From: Dehalococcoidia bacterium
Lineage (GTDB): Bacteria > Chloroflexota > Dehalococcoidia > UBA2979
NCBI GenBank assembly: GCA_964291495.2
Contig: OZ219871.1
Location: 1,248,001-1,312,000, forward strand
Length of the DNA stretch: 64,000 bases
Direction: 5' to 3'
The notes beneath the pieces are model-generated. The model searched no databases, was not told the DNA's origin, and saw only the letters and a program-made list of their open reading frames with translations. Positions 54,686 through 64,000 of the stretch are shown here, piece by piece (the stretch's first letter is position 1; each line of letters begins with the position of its first letter). The translations under genes were made by a program, and so were the position numbers.

Positions 54686-56326
54686 TCACGAGGACGCCGC
54701 CTGCGAGGCAGGCTCCCGCGCCGCGCCCGCGCGGTACTGCAGCGCCGCACCCACGAAATCGCGGAACAGCGGCTGCGGGCGCAGCGGCCGCGAGGTGAAC
54801 TCCGGATGGAACTGCGTCCCCAGCATCCAGGGGTGGTCGCGCAGCTCCATGATTTCGACCAGCTCGCCGTTCGGCGAGCAGCCGGAGGCGATCAGGCCGT
54901 GCTGCTCCAGCACCGGCAGCAGCGCGTTGTTCACCTCGTAGCGGTGGCGATGCCGCTCGCGCACCTGCTCCCGCCCGTAGGCGGCTGCGGCGTGCGTCCC
55001 CTCGACCAGCCGGCAATCGAAGCCGCCGAGGCGCATCGTGCCGCCGTAGTCCTCGATGCCGCGCTGCTCGGAGAGCAGCGAAATCACCGGGAACGGAGTA
55101 CGCGGATCGGCTTCCGTGGTGTTCGCCTCCGGCATCCCGGCCACGTTGCGGGCGAACTCGCAGACCATCATCTGCAGCCCCAGGCAGACCCCGAAGTACG
55201 GAATACGCTGCTCACGCGCGTACGTCGCCGCGGAGATCTTGCCCTCCAGCCCGCGATCGCCGAAGCCCGGACAGACGAGGATGCCGTCGACCTCGCCGAT
55301 CGCCTCCTCCGGCGGCCGCGCGTCGAGCTCCTCCGAGTGCACCCAGTGGAAGTTCACGCGGGCCCGGTGGTAGACGGCGGCGTGGATCAGTGCCTCGCGG
55401 ATCGAAAGGTAGGCGTCGTGCAGCTCCACGTACTTGCCGACCACGGCGATGCGCACCTCGGAGCCGGGATTGCGCAGCCGCTCGACGAAGTCGCGCCAGT
55501 CGTCGAGGTCGGGCGCCGGCGTCTCGATGCCGATGCGCTTCAGCACCAGGTCGGCGAGCCCGCACGCCTCGAGGACCAGCGGGATCTCGTAGATCGAGTC
55601 GGCCGTCTGGAGGGGAATCACCGCCTCGCGCTCGACGTTGCAGAAGAGGCCGATCTTCTCGCGCAGCGCCTCCGGCGCGGGCTGATCGGCGCGGGCGATG
55701 ATCACGTCCGGCTGGATGCCGAAGGAGCGCAGCTCGCGCACGGAGTGCTGGGTCGGCTTGGTCTTCAGCTCCCGCGTCGAGCCGATGTAGGGCAGCAGCG
55801 TGACATGGATCGAGGCCGTCGCGTCCACGCCGAGCGTGTGCCGCATCTGGCCGATCGCCTCGATGAACGGCTGGCTCTCGATGTCGCCGATGGTGCCGCC
55901 GACCTCGACGATCACGACCTCGGCGTCCAGCGCGGCGCCCGCCTCGCGGATGCGCCGGCGAATCTCGTTGGTGACGTGCGGGATCTGCTGGATGGTGCCG
56001 CCGAGGAAGTCGCCGTGCCGCTCCTTGCGGATCACCTCTTCGTAGATCTGGCCGGAGGAGGTGGAGTTGGCCTGCGAGAAGTTCTCGTCGAGGAAGCGCT
56101 CGTAGTGTCCGAGGTCGAGGTCCGTCTCGGCGCCGTCGTCGGTGACGAAGACCTCGCCATGCTGGTACGGGGACATCGTGCCGGGGTCGACGTTGATGTA
56201 GGGGTCGAGCTTGAGAACGGAGACGCGGAGGCCGCGGGCGCGCAGGATGCGGCCGAGCGAGGCGGTGACGATCCCCTTGCCGACGGAGCTCACGACGCCG
56301 CCCGTGACGAAGATGTACTTCGGCAT
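54686..56326 (-). CDS. pyrG: CTP synthase
   Basis: KYIFVTGGVVSSVGKG, KTKPTQHSV, GVCLGLQ, QFHPE. Confidence 0.99.
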   Translation of the reverse strand: MPKYIFVTGGVVSSVGKGIVTASLGRILRARGLRVSVLKLDPYINVDPGTMSPYQHGEVFVTDDGAETDLDLGHYERFLDENFSQANSTSSGQIYEEVIRKERHGDFLGGTIQQIPHVTNEIRRRIREAGAALDAEVVIVEVGGTIGDIESQPFIEAIGQMRHTLGVDATASIHVTLLPYIGSTRELKTKPTQHSVRELRSFGIQPDVIIARADQPAPEALREKIGLFCNVEREAVIPLQTADSIYEIPLVLEACGLADLVLKRIGIETPAPDLDDWRDFVERLRNPGSEVRIAVVGKYVELHDAYLSIREALIHAAVYHRARVNFHWVHSEELDARPPEEAIGEVDGILVCPGFGDRGLEGKISAATYAREQRIPYFGVCLGLQMMVCEFARNVAGMPEANTTEADPRTPFPVISLLSEQRGIEDYGGTMRLGGFDCRLVEGTHAAAAYGREQVRERHRHRYEVNNALLPVLEQHGLIASGCSPNGELVEIMELRDHPWMLGTQFHPEFTSRPLRPQPLFRDFVGAALQYRAGAAREPASQAASS

Positions 56327-56422
56327 CAGCCCTCGGATGGTTGGGGAGGACACGGACCATATTCCGCGCGCGCCGCGAAGGTGTCAACGCTCGGGGGCGT
56401 GGGCGCGCCCCAGCACAGCCCC

Positions 56423-56812
56423 CTACGGATCCCCTGTGTAGTCCTCAATGTCGCCCAGAACCGGTACGCGCCCGATGCCCCAGAGGATCACCTCCCGACT
56501 TCGCTCGAAGTCAGCATGGAACTCGAACCAGACCATGCACTCAGGCACATCCGGAAACCCGGGCTCCGTGAGGAGTAGCCCCTCGCGGATCGGTTCGTCG
56601 CCGTCAACGACCTTGATCCGCGGGTGCTCCCGGCCATCCCGGTACGCCTCGATCTCGCGATCAAGGACGTGCTTGATGCCGCCCTCAAGCAGCTGCAGTC
56701 GCGCCACGGCCCCCGGGACCACCGAGGCGAGTTGCGCGGAGAACTCGGGGGTTACCTCGAAGTGGTGTGTCCAGCGGCCGGGCGGCTGCTCACGAGGAAG
56801 ATCTCGTGGCAC
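56423..56812 (-). CDS. Putative toxin of unrecognised family, downstream of a Panacea antitoxin
   Basis: 129 aa ORF overlapping the antitoxin 3' end; lower GC than flanks; pattern loosely reminiscent of RelE/ParE. Confidence 0.5.
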   Translation of the reverse strand: MPRDLPREQPPGRWTHHFEVTPEFSAQLASVVPGAVARLQLLEGGIKHVLDREIEAYRDGREHPRIKVVDGDEPIREGLLLTEPGFPDVPECMVWFEFHADFERSREVILWGIGRVPVLGDIEDYTGDP

Positions 56813-57344
56813 GTCGTTCCGCCAGCGCCCGCTCCCACGCCGCAACCTCAGTTGGCGTCGGCTGGCGGTCAGAGATGTACGCGGTCTCGTACGGGATCTC
56901 CTCGCGATCACGCGCGAGCCTCCACCCCGCCTCGAGGTGCGACAACGCACTTACCTCCGACGCGTTGAGCTCTCGGAGGTCCGCAAGTACGGCATCTACG
57001 ATGGCGAGTTCGTCGGGATCCAGGACCTCGCTCACTTCCGACCTCCGCAGGGGGCGGATCACCTTCTGCGGGCGGTTGAAGTAGTGCCGTTCGAAGCGTT
57101 CGAGCTCCCCCTCTGCCTCCATTGAGCGAAGAGCTGGAAGCAGTTCCCGGGGGGCGGGCCCTCTGTCCAGGCGCTGGTAGGTAGCCCCGGTGATCGACTC
57201 GCCGAGCATTCCGAACGCCTTGAAATCGCTAAAGTAGAGAATCTTGTTGAGCTTCGTGGCCCCGAAGCGAGGATCCTCCTCCGACGCTTCGGCCACGTAG
57301 AGAACGAGTTCCCGGAACTTGCTGCTATCGAAGGTCCTGGTCAG
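56790..57344 (-). CDS. Panacea/SocA (DUF4065) domain antitoxin
   Basis: KFRELVLYV..TKLNKILYFSD..ITGATY..GPAP..SALSH..W..EEIPYE; start probably CTG at 57344, alternative GTG at 57296. Confidence 0.88.
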   Translation of the reverse strand: MTRTFDSSKFRELVLYVAEASEEDPRFGATKLNKILYFSDFKAFGMLGESITGATYQRLDRGPAPRELLPALRSMEAEGELERFERHYFNRPQKVIRPLRRSEVSEVLDPDELAIVDAVLADLRELNASEVSALSHLEAGWRLARDREEIPYETAYISDRQPTPTEVAAWERALAERRATRSSS

Positions 57345-57554
57345 TGCCGCCCCCGGTTACTGCGCTGCGCTCTGCCAACAAGACAGCCGCTTACTCGGCT
57401 CACCCGTCAACACACTCTAGCCGGGTGGCACGTCCGCTGCCAAGAGCGGATCTCATGCGACCATCGGCATTCCTTGCCGACGCTGTACACCCCTCGTACG
57501 CTGAGCCGCGGGCAATCGGGCGCCCTTGAGGCCCGCAACTGGAGAGGCTCACGG

Positions 57555-58838
57555 ATGCCACCCGCCGAGGCGATCAATCCCCAGATCAGCACACTGCCCA
57601 ACGGCCTGCGTGTCATCACCACGCCCGTCCCCACCGCCCAGAGCGCCAGCGTCTCCTTCTTCGTCGGCGTCGGCTCGCGCGACGAGGATCCGCGGACCAA
57701 CGGCGTCTCCCACTACCTGGAGCACATGCTCTTCAAGGGCACCTCCACGCGACCCACCGCGCCTGAGATCAGCGAGGCCATCGAGGGCGCGGGCGGCGGC
57801 CTCAACGCCTACACCACGCGCGAGCTGACGTGCTACTGGAACAACATGCCGTTCGAGCGCGCCGCCACCGGCGTCGAGGTGCTGGCCGACATGATCCAGC
57901 GCTCCCTGCTCGACTCAGAGGAGATCGACCGCGAGCGCACCGTGGTCCAGCAGGAGATCCGCCGCGGCCACGACGCCCCTGCCTCCCGCGCCTCCGAGCT
58001 GATGGTGCGCGCCGTCTACGGTGATCAACCAATCGGCTGGCCCGTCACCGGCTCGATCGAGACCGTCGAGGCGCTCACCCGCGACGACTTCGTCTCCCAC
58101 GTCGAGCGCTTCTACGGCGCGGAGAACTCCGTGCTGTCCGTCGCCGGGAACGTCACGCACGACTGGGTGACCGAGGCGGCCACGGAGTGCTTCGACGGAC
58201 TGCGCGACGGCGTGGCCGGCGACGCGTCGGCCGCCGAGCACGGCCTGCCGGAGGAGTCGATCATCATCGAGGAGCGCGAGATCGAGCAGACCAACATCCG
58301 CCTCGCCGTGCAGGGTCCGGCGCGCCGCGACCCGGACCGCTACGCGCTGGCGCTGCTGCACACCGTGCTGGGGCGCGGCATGTCCTCGCGGCTCTTCCAG
58401 GAGGTGCGGGAGCGACGAGGGCTCGCCTACTCGGTCGCCTCGGGCGTCGCGCAGCACCAGGACATCGGCTCCTTCGTGGTCAGCGCGGGCGTATCGCGCG
58501 ATCAGCAGGAGGAGGCGCTGCAGGTGATCGTCGGCGAGCTGCAGCGCGCCGCCGACGAGCCCGTGAGCGCCGAGGAGTTGCAGCGCGCGAAGGACTTCGC
58601 CGCCGGCACCTTCCGCCTCTCGATGGAGACGCCGATGGCGCTCGGCCAGCACTTCGGCACGCAGCTGTTGCAGGACGGCGAGATCGAACTGCCCGGCGAC
58701 ACCGTCGAGCGTATCCGCGCCGTCGAGGCCGCCGATCTGCAGAGCGTCGCGCAGCGGCTGTTCGGCGGCGAGTACGCGCTCGCCGTCGTCGGACCCTCCG
58801 CCTCGGCGGATCGCCTCGGCGCGATCCTCGCGGCCTGA
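57555..58838 (+). CDS. M16 (pitrilysin/insulinase) family zinc peptidase
   Basis: HYLEH (HxxEH) MLFKGT, LNAYT, SSRLFQEVRERRGLAY. Confidence 0.95.
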   Translation: MPPAEAINPQISTLPNGLRVITTPVPTAQSASVSFFVGVGSRDEDPRTNGVSHYLEHMLFKGTSTRPTAPEISEAIEGAGGGLNAYTTRELTCYWNNMPFERAATGVEVLADMIQRSLLDSEEIDRERTVVQQEIRRGHDAPASRASELMVRAVYGDQPIGWPVTGSIETVEALTRDDFVSHVERFYGAENSVLSVAGNVTHDWVTEAATECFDGLRDGVAGDASAAEHGLPEESIIIEEREIEQTNIRLAVQGPARRDPDRYALALLHTVLGRGMSSRLFQEVRERRGLAYSVASGVAQHQDIGSFVVSAGVSRDQQEEALQVIVGELQRAADEPVSAEELQRAKDFAAGTFRLSMETPMALGQHFGTQLLQDGEIELPGDTVERIRAVEAADLQSVAQRLFGGEYALAVVGPSASADRLGAILAA

Positions 58839-58848
58839 GCCGCCCACG

Positions 58849-59490
58849 ATGAGCGCGCCGCGCACGAACCTGATCCTGCTGCCCGGCGCTCCCGTCGCCG
58901 CGACCCGCGCCGACGCCGTCACCACCTCGCCCGACGCCACCGACGCCGCGCGCGCGGCCGGCGTCCCGATCGATGTCCGCCTCGCCCACCCGCGCGAGGG
59001 CCTGCTGCGCTCGCAGCTCGAGGCGCTCGATGGGCCGGTTGCCTGCGTGCTGCTCGCCGCGACCACGCAGCCGCAGGATCTGCGAGCGGCCGACGTCGAG
59101 CTGCGCCGGCACGAACTGCACCGCGGCCTCACGCCCGGCAACATCGGCCTCGTCCCCGAGATCGGGAGCGCCGCGGCCATCGAACGCCTGCCGCAACTGC
59201 TCGCCGCCATCGACCGCATCGCGAGCGTCGCGCTCGACATCGAGGCGGTCGCAGCCGACCTTCGCGCACCGGATGCGCGCGCCGAGGCGCTGCAGGCGCC
59301 GATCCTCGCGCGGGTCGCGCTCGCGGCGAGCGCCGCAGCGCTGCCCTGGACCGTCGGCGCGATGGGCTTCTCGCCCGGCGATCGCGCGGCCCTCGCGGCG
59401 CGCGCTCGGGTCCTCGGCGCCGCGGGGGTCTACGTGTTGGCCGAGTCCGAGGTCGCGGGCCTCAACGCGCTCTTCTCCGGCGCCGCCTGA
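58849..59490 (+). CDS. Divergent CitE/HpcH-like TIM-barrel protein
   Basis: VRL, ADVELRRHE..GLTPGNIGLVPEIGSAAAI, ARVALAASAA, ARARVLG..EVAGLNALFS resemble CitE. Confidence 0.5.
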   Translation: MSAPRTNLILLPGAPVAATRADAVTTSPDATDAARAAGVPIDVRLAHPREGLLRSQLEALDGPVACVLLAATTQPQDLRAADVELRRHELHRGLTPGNIGLVPEIGSAAAIERLPQLLAAIDRIASVALDIEAVAADLRAPDARAEALQAPILARVALAASAAALPWTVGAMGFSPGDRAALAARARVLGAAGVYVLAESEVAGLNALFSGAA

Positions 59491-59499
59491 CTGCGGTCC

Positions 59500-60003
59500 C
59501 TACGGGATCCGCCCCAACCGCCGCAGCAGCGCCCGGATCTCGCCCACCACGCGGCGGTGGCGTCGCTCCAGCGTGCGCCGCGCTCGCGCGACGTACGCGC
59601 CGCCCGCCTCGTCGAGGAGCCCACTCGCAAGCGCCGCCTCCACCTCGTCCTCGTCCTCCCAGCGCGTCTTGATGCGGCCCACCGCGTCGACACGCACCAC
59701 GAGGTCGAGTAGCAGATCGAGGTAGCGCACCTCGCCGTCGTCGATCTCGACGTCCCGTAGCACGTCGAAGCGGCTCCGCACCTCGCTGCCCGCGTCCCGA
59801 GCGCCGGGCGGACGCACGATGTGGTAGCAGCCGTAGGGGCGGCGCGGCCAGAAGCAGCCGTACGAGTCCAGCGAGTCGGCGCCGCGCTCGATGCGGAACA
59901 GCACCAACAGCAGGCTCGGGCTGCGGTGCACCAGCTCGGTCGCGAAGCGCTCCTCGCTCCCGTCGAGCTTGCGCTTGACCTCGATGATCTCGCTCTCCGC
60001 CAT
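59500..60003 (-). CDS. DUF402-like protein
   Basis: YLDLLLDLVV..EDEDEVEAA..GLL motif. Confidence 0.7.
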   Translation of the reverse strand: MAESEIIEVKRKLDGSEERFATELVHRSPSLLLVLFRIERGADSLDSYGCFWPRRPYGCYHIVRPPGARDAGSEVRSRFDVLRDVEIDDGEVRYLDLLLDLVVRVDAVGRIKTRWEDEDEVEAALASGLLDEAGGAYVARARRTLERRHRRVVGEIRALLRRLGRIP

Positions 60004-60046
60004 CCGGCCAGCCTCCCGGCGCTAGACTACGAAACCGGAGGCGAGA

Positions 60047-60757
60047 ATGAGCGCACCGGCTGGACCCTCGGCCGTCGTCACGGGCGCCAACCGCGCCGAC
60101 GGCATCGGCCTCGCGCTCGTGCGCGAGTTGCGTGCCCGCGGCTGCGCGCCGGTCGTCGGCACCTACCGCGATGCCGCGACGAGCACGGCGCTGCTCGCCG
60201 AGACGGCGAGCGACCCGGACATGCTCGCCGCCGAGCTCGACGTCACCTCGGAGCAGTCGGTCGAGGCGTTCGGGCAATGGTGCGCGCGCCGCCTCGACCG
60301 CGTCGACCTGCTGGTGAACAACGCGGGCCTGGGCAGCGTGCCCGGTTCGATCGTGACGGCGCCGATCGAGGATCTCGAGCAGCAGGTGCAGGTGCACGGC
60401 ATCGGCATGCTGCGCGTGACGCGGGCGCTCCTGCCGCTGATGGGCCCCGGCTCGGTGGCGCTCAGCGTCTCGTCCAGCCTCGGCAGCATCGCCGACATGA
60501 ACGCCGGCTCGACCTACTACGCGCCAGCGAAGGCGTTCCAGAACGCTCTCACGAGGCAACTCGCAGCGACCGTGCGGGCCGACGGCGTGATCGCCTTCTC
60601 CGCCTCCCCGGGCTGGGTCGCGACCTCGATGGGCGGTGCAGGAGCGCAACTGACGCCCGAGGAGTCGGCGCGGCAGCTCGCCGACCTGCTGCTCGGCGCG
60701 GGGCCGGAGGACGCCGGCACGTTCCGCAGCCTCGACGGTGGCGTGATCGCCTGGTGA
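60047..60757 (+). CDS. Short-chain dehydrogenase/reductase (CsgA/C-factor-like)
   Basis: VTGANR..GIG, LVNNAG, SSSLGS, YAPAK, PGWVATSMGG. Confidence 0.92.
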   Translation: MSAPAGPSAVVTGANRADGIGLALVRELRARGCAPVVGTYRDAATSTALLAETASDPDMLAAELDVTSEQSVEAFGQWCARRLDRVDLLVNNAGLGSVPGSIVTAPIEDLEQQVQVHGIGMLRVTRALLPLMGPGSVALSVSSSLGSIADMNAGSTYYAPAKAFQNALTRQLAATVRADGVIAFSASPGWVATSMGGAGAQLTPEESARQLADLLLGAGPEDAGTFRSLDGGVIAW

Positions 60758-60785
60758 GCCGCTCCGTCCACGCGAGCGAACGCGG

Positions 60786-61550
60786 TCACTCGATGACCAC
60801 GAGCCAGGCGATCAGCGGGTCCGGGCCTCCGTTTGGATCCAGATCGAGGCCGACGGCCACCCGGTCGCCCTCGCGAAGCTCGTGCGGGGCAGCGACCACG
60901 AGGTAGCTCGTGCCCGGCGCATCCCGGGCGCTTACCCGATCGCCGAAGACCAGGTCGACGCCCGGTATCGCATGGTCGCCCTCGAGATCGCGGAGCCGGA
61001 TCGATGCGCCCTCGACGGACTCGACCGTGCCGCTCACGACCGCCTCACCTGCCCAGCGCATCACGCCGCCATCGCTCATGTGCACGCGGTGCAGCCCGCC
61101 GAGGGCGTCCCGCAGCACGACGCGGAACCCCGGCGTCAGCACCGTGGCGCAGGCGACGCCCGGCTGCGCGACGCCCAGGCAGGCGTCCGGCCAGACGACC
61201 GCCTCGGCGATCTCCACGTCCAGGTCGGTTGCGGGAGCGCCAAGCCACTCGGCCATCAACTCGATCGCATTGCCCGTCACCAGCTCCAGCGGTTGTTCGC
61301 CGCTCGGCGTCTGCTCGCCAGCGGGCGTAGTCGGAGTTGCGGTCGCGTCGGCGGTCGGGCTGTCCGTGGGCGTGGGCGGGGCGGTCGGCGCCACGGTCGT
61401 TGGCGTCGGCGTCGCAGCCTCGGTCGGCGCGGTCGGACCGGCCGCCGTCGGCGAGTCGGCGACGGGGCTGCGCGGCGGCGGGCTGTCCGTCGCCGAGCAC
61501 GCGACGAGCAGCAGCACCGCTGCGAGCGCCAGCGTCAGCCGGGCGAGCAT
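60786..61550 (-). CDS. Lipoprotein with Pro/Thr linker
   Basis: Lipobox LVAC; WPDACLG..CATVLTPGFRVVL motif. Confidence 0.75.
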   Translation of the reverse strand: MLARLTLALAAVLLLVACSATDSPPPRSPVADSPTAAGPTAPTEAATPTPTTVAPTAPPTPTDSPTADATATPTTPAGEQTPSGEQPLELVTGNAIELMAEWLGAPATDLDVEIAEAVVWPDACLGVAQPGVACATVLTPGFRVVLRDALGGLHRVHMSDGGVMRWAGEAVVSGTVESVEGASIRLRDLEGDHAIPGVDLVFGDRVSARDAPGTSYLVVAAPHELREGDRVAVGLDLDPNGGPDPLIAWLVVIE

Positions 61551-61707
61551 CGGCGATTCCCTCCCGATCCCCACCTCCGAGGATAGTGCGGCGCGGCCTG
61601 CGGTATCATGTCCGGGACACCGCGCATCGGCGCCGGCGCCGCGCGCGGTGTTCGTGCGCCTCGATCCGCGGCGCACGGGCCAGCAGCAGCAGACGCGAGG
61701 GCGAGCG

Positions 61708-63024
61708 ATGCCGGCGACGGTCATCATCGGCGGACAGTGGGGCGACGAGGGCAAGGGCCGCGTCGTCGACTTCTTCGCACGCAACTGCTCCGTGATCGCC
61801 CGCTACTCGGCGGGCAGCAACGCCGGCCACACGATCGTCAACGAGCTCGGCAAGTTCGGCCTGCACCTCGTGCCGGCCGGCATCTTCCACGCGGAGACCA
61901 CCTGCGTCATCGGCAACGGCGTGGTCGTCAACCCGCAGGCGCTGATCGAGGAGCTGGAGATGCTCTCCAGCCGCGGCGTCGACACCTCGCGTGTGCGCGT
62001 CAGCGATCGCGCGCACGTCGTGATGCCGTGGCACCTCGCCATCGACGAGCTTGACGAGAAGCTGCGCGGCGAGCACGCGATCGGCACCACCGGCACGGGC
62101 ACGGGGCCGGCCTTCACCGACAAGACGGGCCGCCTCGGCGTGCGCATGATCGATCTCGCGCAGCCGGAGTCACTGGAGACCCTGCTGAGCTTCGTGCTGC
62201 CCTACAAGAACCGCATCATCACGGAACTGTACGGCGGCGAACCGCTGGACTACGAGCAGATCCGCGACGAGTACCGCGAGTACGGCCGTCAGCTCCGCCC
62301 GTTCGTCACCGACACGGCGCGGCTGCTGCAGGACGCGCACGACCGCGGCGAGCAGATCCTGCTCGAGGGCGCGCAGGGGACGCTGCTCGACCTCGACAAC
62401 GGCACCTACCCCTACGTCACGTCCTCGGTCCCGTCGTCGATGTCCGCCGGGGCCTGCCTGGGCGTGGGGCTCGGCCCCACGGCGGTCGACCGGGTGGTGG
62501 GGGTGTACAAGGCCTACCAGACGCGCGTCGGCGACGGCCCGTTCCCCACCGAGCTGTTCGGCGAGGAGGCCGCCGCGCTCCGCGACCACGGGATCGAGCA
62601 GGGGACCGGCGAGTACGGCACCACCACGGGCCGGCCGCGGCGCTGCGGGTGGTTCGACGGCGTGCTCGCGCGCCAGACGGCGAAGCTCAACGGCGTCAAC
62701 TCGATCGCCCTCACGCGGCTCGACGTGCTCGCACAGTTCGAGTCGGTGCAGGTCTGCGTCGGCTACGAGCTCGACGGCAAGCGGATCGACTCCCTCCCGG
62801 CCTCCCTGCGCGACGCGAACACCGTGCGGCCGGTCTACGAGGTGCTGCCCGGCTGGCAGCAAGAGGTGTCGGACGTGCGCCACTTCCCGGACCTGCCCCT
62901 GGAGGCGCGCCGCTTCGTGCGCCGTATCGAGGAGTTGGTCGACGCGCCCGTCGACATGATCTCTGTGGGACCGGAGCGCGAACAGGCAATCGTGACACGC
63001 GACATCTTCGGCGTGCCGCTGTAG
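61708..63024 (+). CDS. purA: Adenylosuccinate synthetase
   Basis: GQWGDEGKG, NAGHT, EGAQG, GTTTGRPRRCGW. Confidence 0.98.
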   Translation: MPATVIIGGQWGDEGKGRVVDFFARNCSVIARYSAGSNAGHTIVNELGKFGLHLVPAGIFHAETTCVIGNGVVVNPQALIEELEMLSSRGVDTSRVRVSDRAHVVMPWHLAIDELDEKLRGEHAIGTTGTGTGPAFTDKTGRLGVRMIDLAQPESLETLLSFVLPYKNRIITELYGGEPLDYEQIRDEYREYGRQLRPFVTDTARLLQDAHDRGEQILLEGAQGTLLDLDNGTYPYVTSSVPSSMSAGACLGVGLGPTAVDRVVGVYKAYQTRVGDGPFPTELFGEEAAALRDHGIEQGTGEYGTTTGRPRRCGWFDGVLARQTAKLNGVNSIALTRLDVLAQFESVQVCVGYELDGKRIDSLPASLRDANTVRPVYEVLPGWQQEVSDVRHFPDLPLEARRFVRRIEELVDAPVDMISVGPEREQAIVTRDIFGVPL

Positions 63025-63057
63025 GCGGCGCCTCGAGGACACGGAGAGGGGACGACG

Positions 63058-63579
63058 ATGGAACATCTGCTGCCCGGCTTCCACGTGCTGTTCGCTGCCC
63101 TGCTCGTCGGAGGGCAGGTCCTGCTCGCCTTCGCCGTCATCCCCTCCACCTGGCTCATCGACGACGAGGGGCTGCGCCGCCGCGTCACGCTCGTCGTGGC
63201 GCGTCGCTTCACCTGGATCGTCGGGATCTCGCTTGTCGGGCTGATCGTGACGGGGCTCGCGCAGTTCTACACCGACATCTTCGTCCCGCCGGACATCCGC
63301 GAGAACATGACCGAGTACCACTTCGGCCGCGTCTTCATGGTGAAGATGCTGTTCGTCACGATCCTGATCATCATGATCGCCGTGCACGGCGCGGTCTTCG
63401 GCCAGCGCATCGCCCGCATCTCGGACGCCGTGCAGGCAGGCGAGACGGACCCCGGCGACCTCGAGCAGGCGCGCCGCACCTCGCTGGTCTTCTCCGCGAT
63501 CATGGTGCTGGTCTCGATCGTGCTGATCTTCCTCGGCGCCAGCCTCGGCAATCACGCCTACTCGCACAACCCGCTCTAG
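63058..63579 (+). CDS. CopD/DUF4149-like four-TM membrane protein
   Basis: FHVLFAALLVGG, RRF, TGL, KMLFV..H pattern. Confidence 0.6.
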   Translation: MEHLLPGFHVLFAALLVGGQVLLAFAVIPSTWLIDDEGLRRRVTLVVARRFTWIVGISLVGLIVTGLAQFYTDIFVPPDIRENMTEYHFGRVFMVKMLFVTILIIMIAVHGAVFGQRIARISDAVQAGETDPGDLEQARRTSLVFSAIMVLVSIVLIFLGASLGNHAYSHNPL

Positions 63580-63583
63580 TAGC

Positions 63584-64000
63584 GTGAGCGCGGCTGCCGA
63601 GGCGCCCCGACGCCTGCGCACCTTGCCCGACCTGCTGCGTCCCGGCCTCGACCTCGTCTTCGTCGGCATCAATCCCGGCGAGCGCTCGGCGCGCCTCGGC
63701 CACTACTACGGCCACCCCGGCAACGCCTTCTGGTCCGTCCTCTCGGCGAGCGGCCTCGTCCGTGAGACCGTCGGGCCCGAGGACGACCGCCGCCTCCCCG
63801 CCGAGTGCGGCATCGGCTTCACCGACGTCGTGAAGCGGGTGCAGACGGACAGCACGCGGGTGAGCGTCACGGAGCTGCGCGCGTCCGCGCCTGCCTTCCG
63901 CCGGCGCATCGCCTACGCCTCACCGCGCGCGGTCTGCTTCACGACGACGCGCGCCTTCGACGTGCTGCACCCACGCGTGCGGCCCCCGCGAACGTGGGGC
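63584..64000 (+). CDS. mug: Mismatch-specific uracil/thymine DNA glycosylase, truncated by the window end
   Basis: LPDLLRPGLDLVFVGINPG..GHYYGHPGNAFW..GIGFTDVVKR; absent from the ORF track because no stop falls in the window. Confidence 0.9.
   Translation, partial: MSAAAEAPRRLRTLPDLLRPGLDLVFVGINPGERSARLGHYYGHPGNAFWSVLSASGLVRETVGPEDDRRLPAECGIGFTDVVKRVQTDSTRVSVTELRASAPAFRRRIAYASPRAVCFTTTRAFDVLHPRVRPPRTWG

Overview
A very GC-rich bacterial chromosomal segment. Gene content and regulatory motifs (GAAC-N4-GTTC SOS box, CIRCE, HAIR) suggest a Chloroflexota/Dehalococcoidia-like organism; this is an inference. Most of the window is housekeeping: ruvB, rimI, a DsbA-VKOR pair, dnaJ2-hspR-clpC divergent from hsp20, sodC, secA, prs, dnaE, a ClC channel, two convergent MoxR/DUF58 operons, rsmE-prmA, hrcA-grpE-dnaK-dnaJ, three M23 peptidases, rho, a Kef-type antiporter, pyrG, an M16 peptidase, purA and mug. 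The standout is a compact, intact five-gene virion-like operon (3523-7906, minus strand) between ruvB and rimI. It encodes a scaffold, a major capsid protein, a head-tail adaptor-like protein, an Asp-box/tail-hub-like protein and a tiny spike-like OB-fold protein. No integrase, terminase, portal, tail tube, tape measure, replication or lysis gene lies nearby, so it is a candidate domesticated capsid system (GTA-like or a tail-less particle). Other notable items: a Panacea antitoxin paired with an unrecognised putative toxin; two LysM-M23 paralogs sharing a conserved structured leader and an apparent ATC start; a ClC protein lacking both proton-transfer glutamates; a TgpA-like pseudo-transglutaminase with all three catalytic residues replaced; and paired BoxC/REP-like repeats. 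All product calls come from motif recognition by eye, not from database searches.
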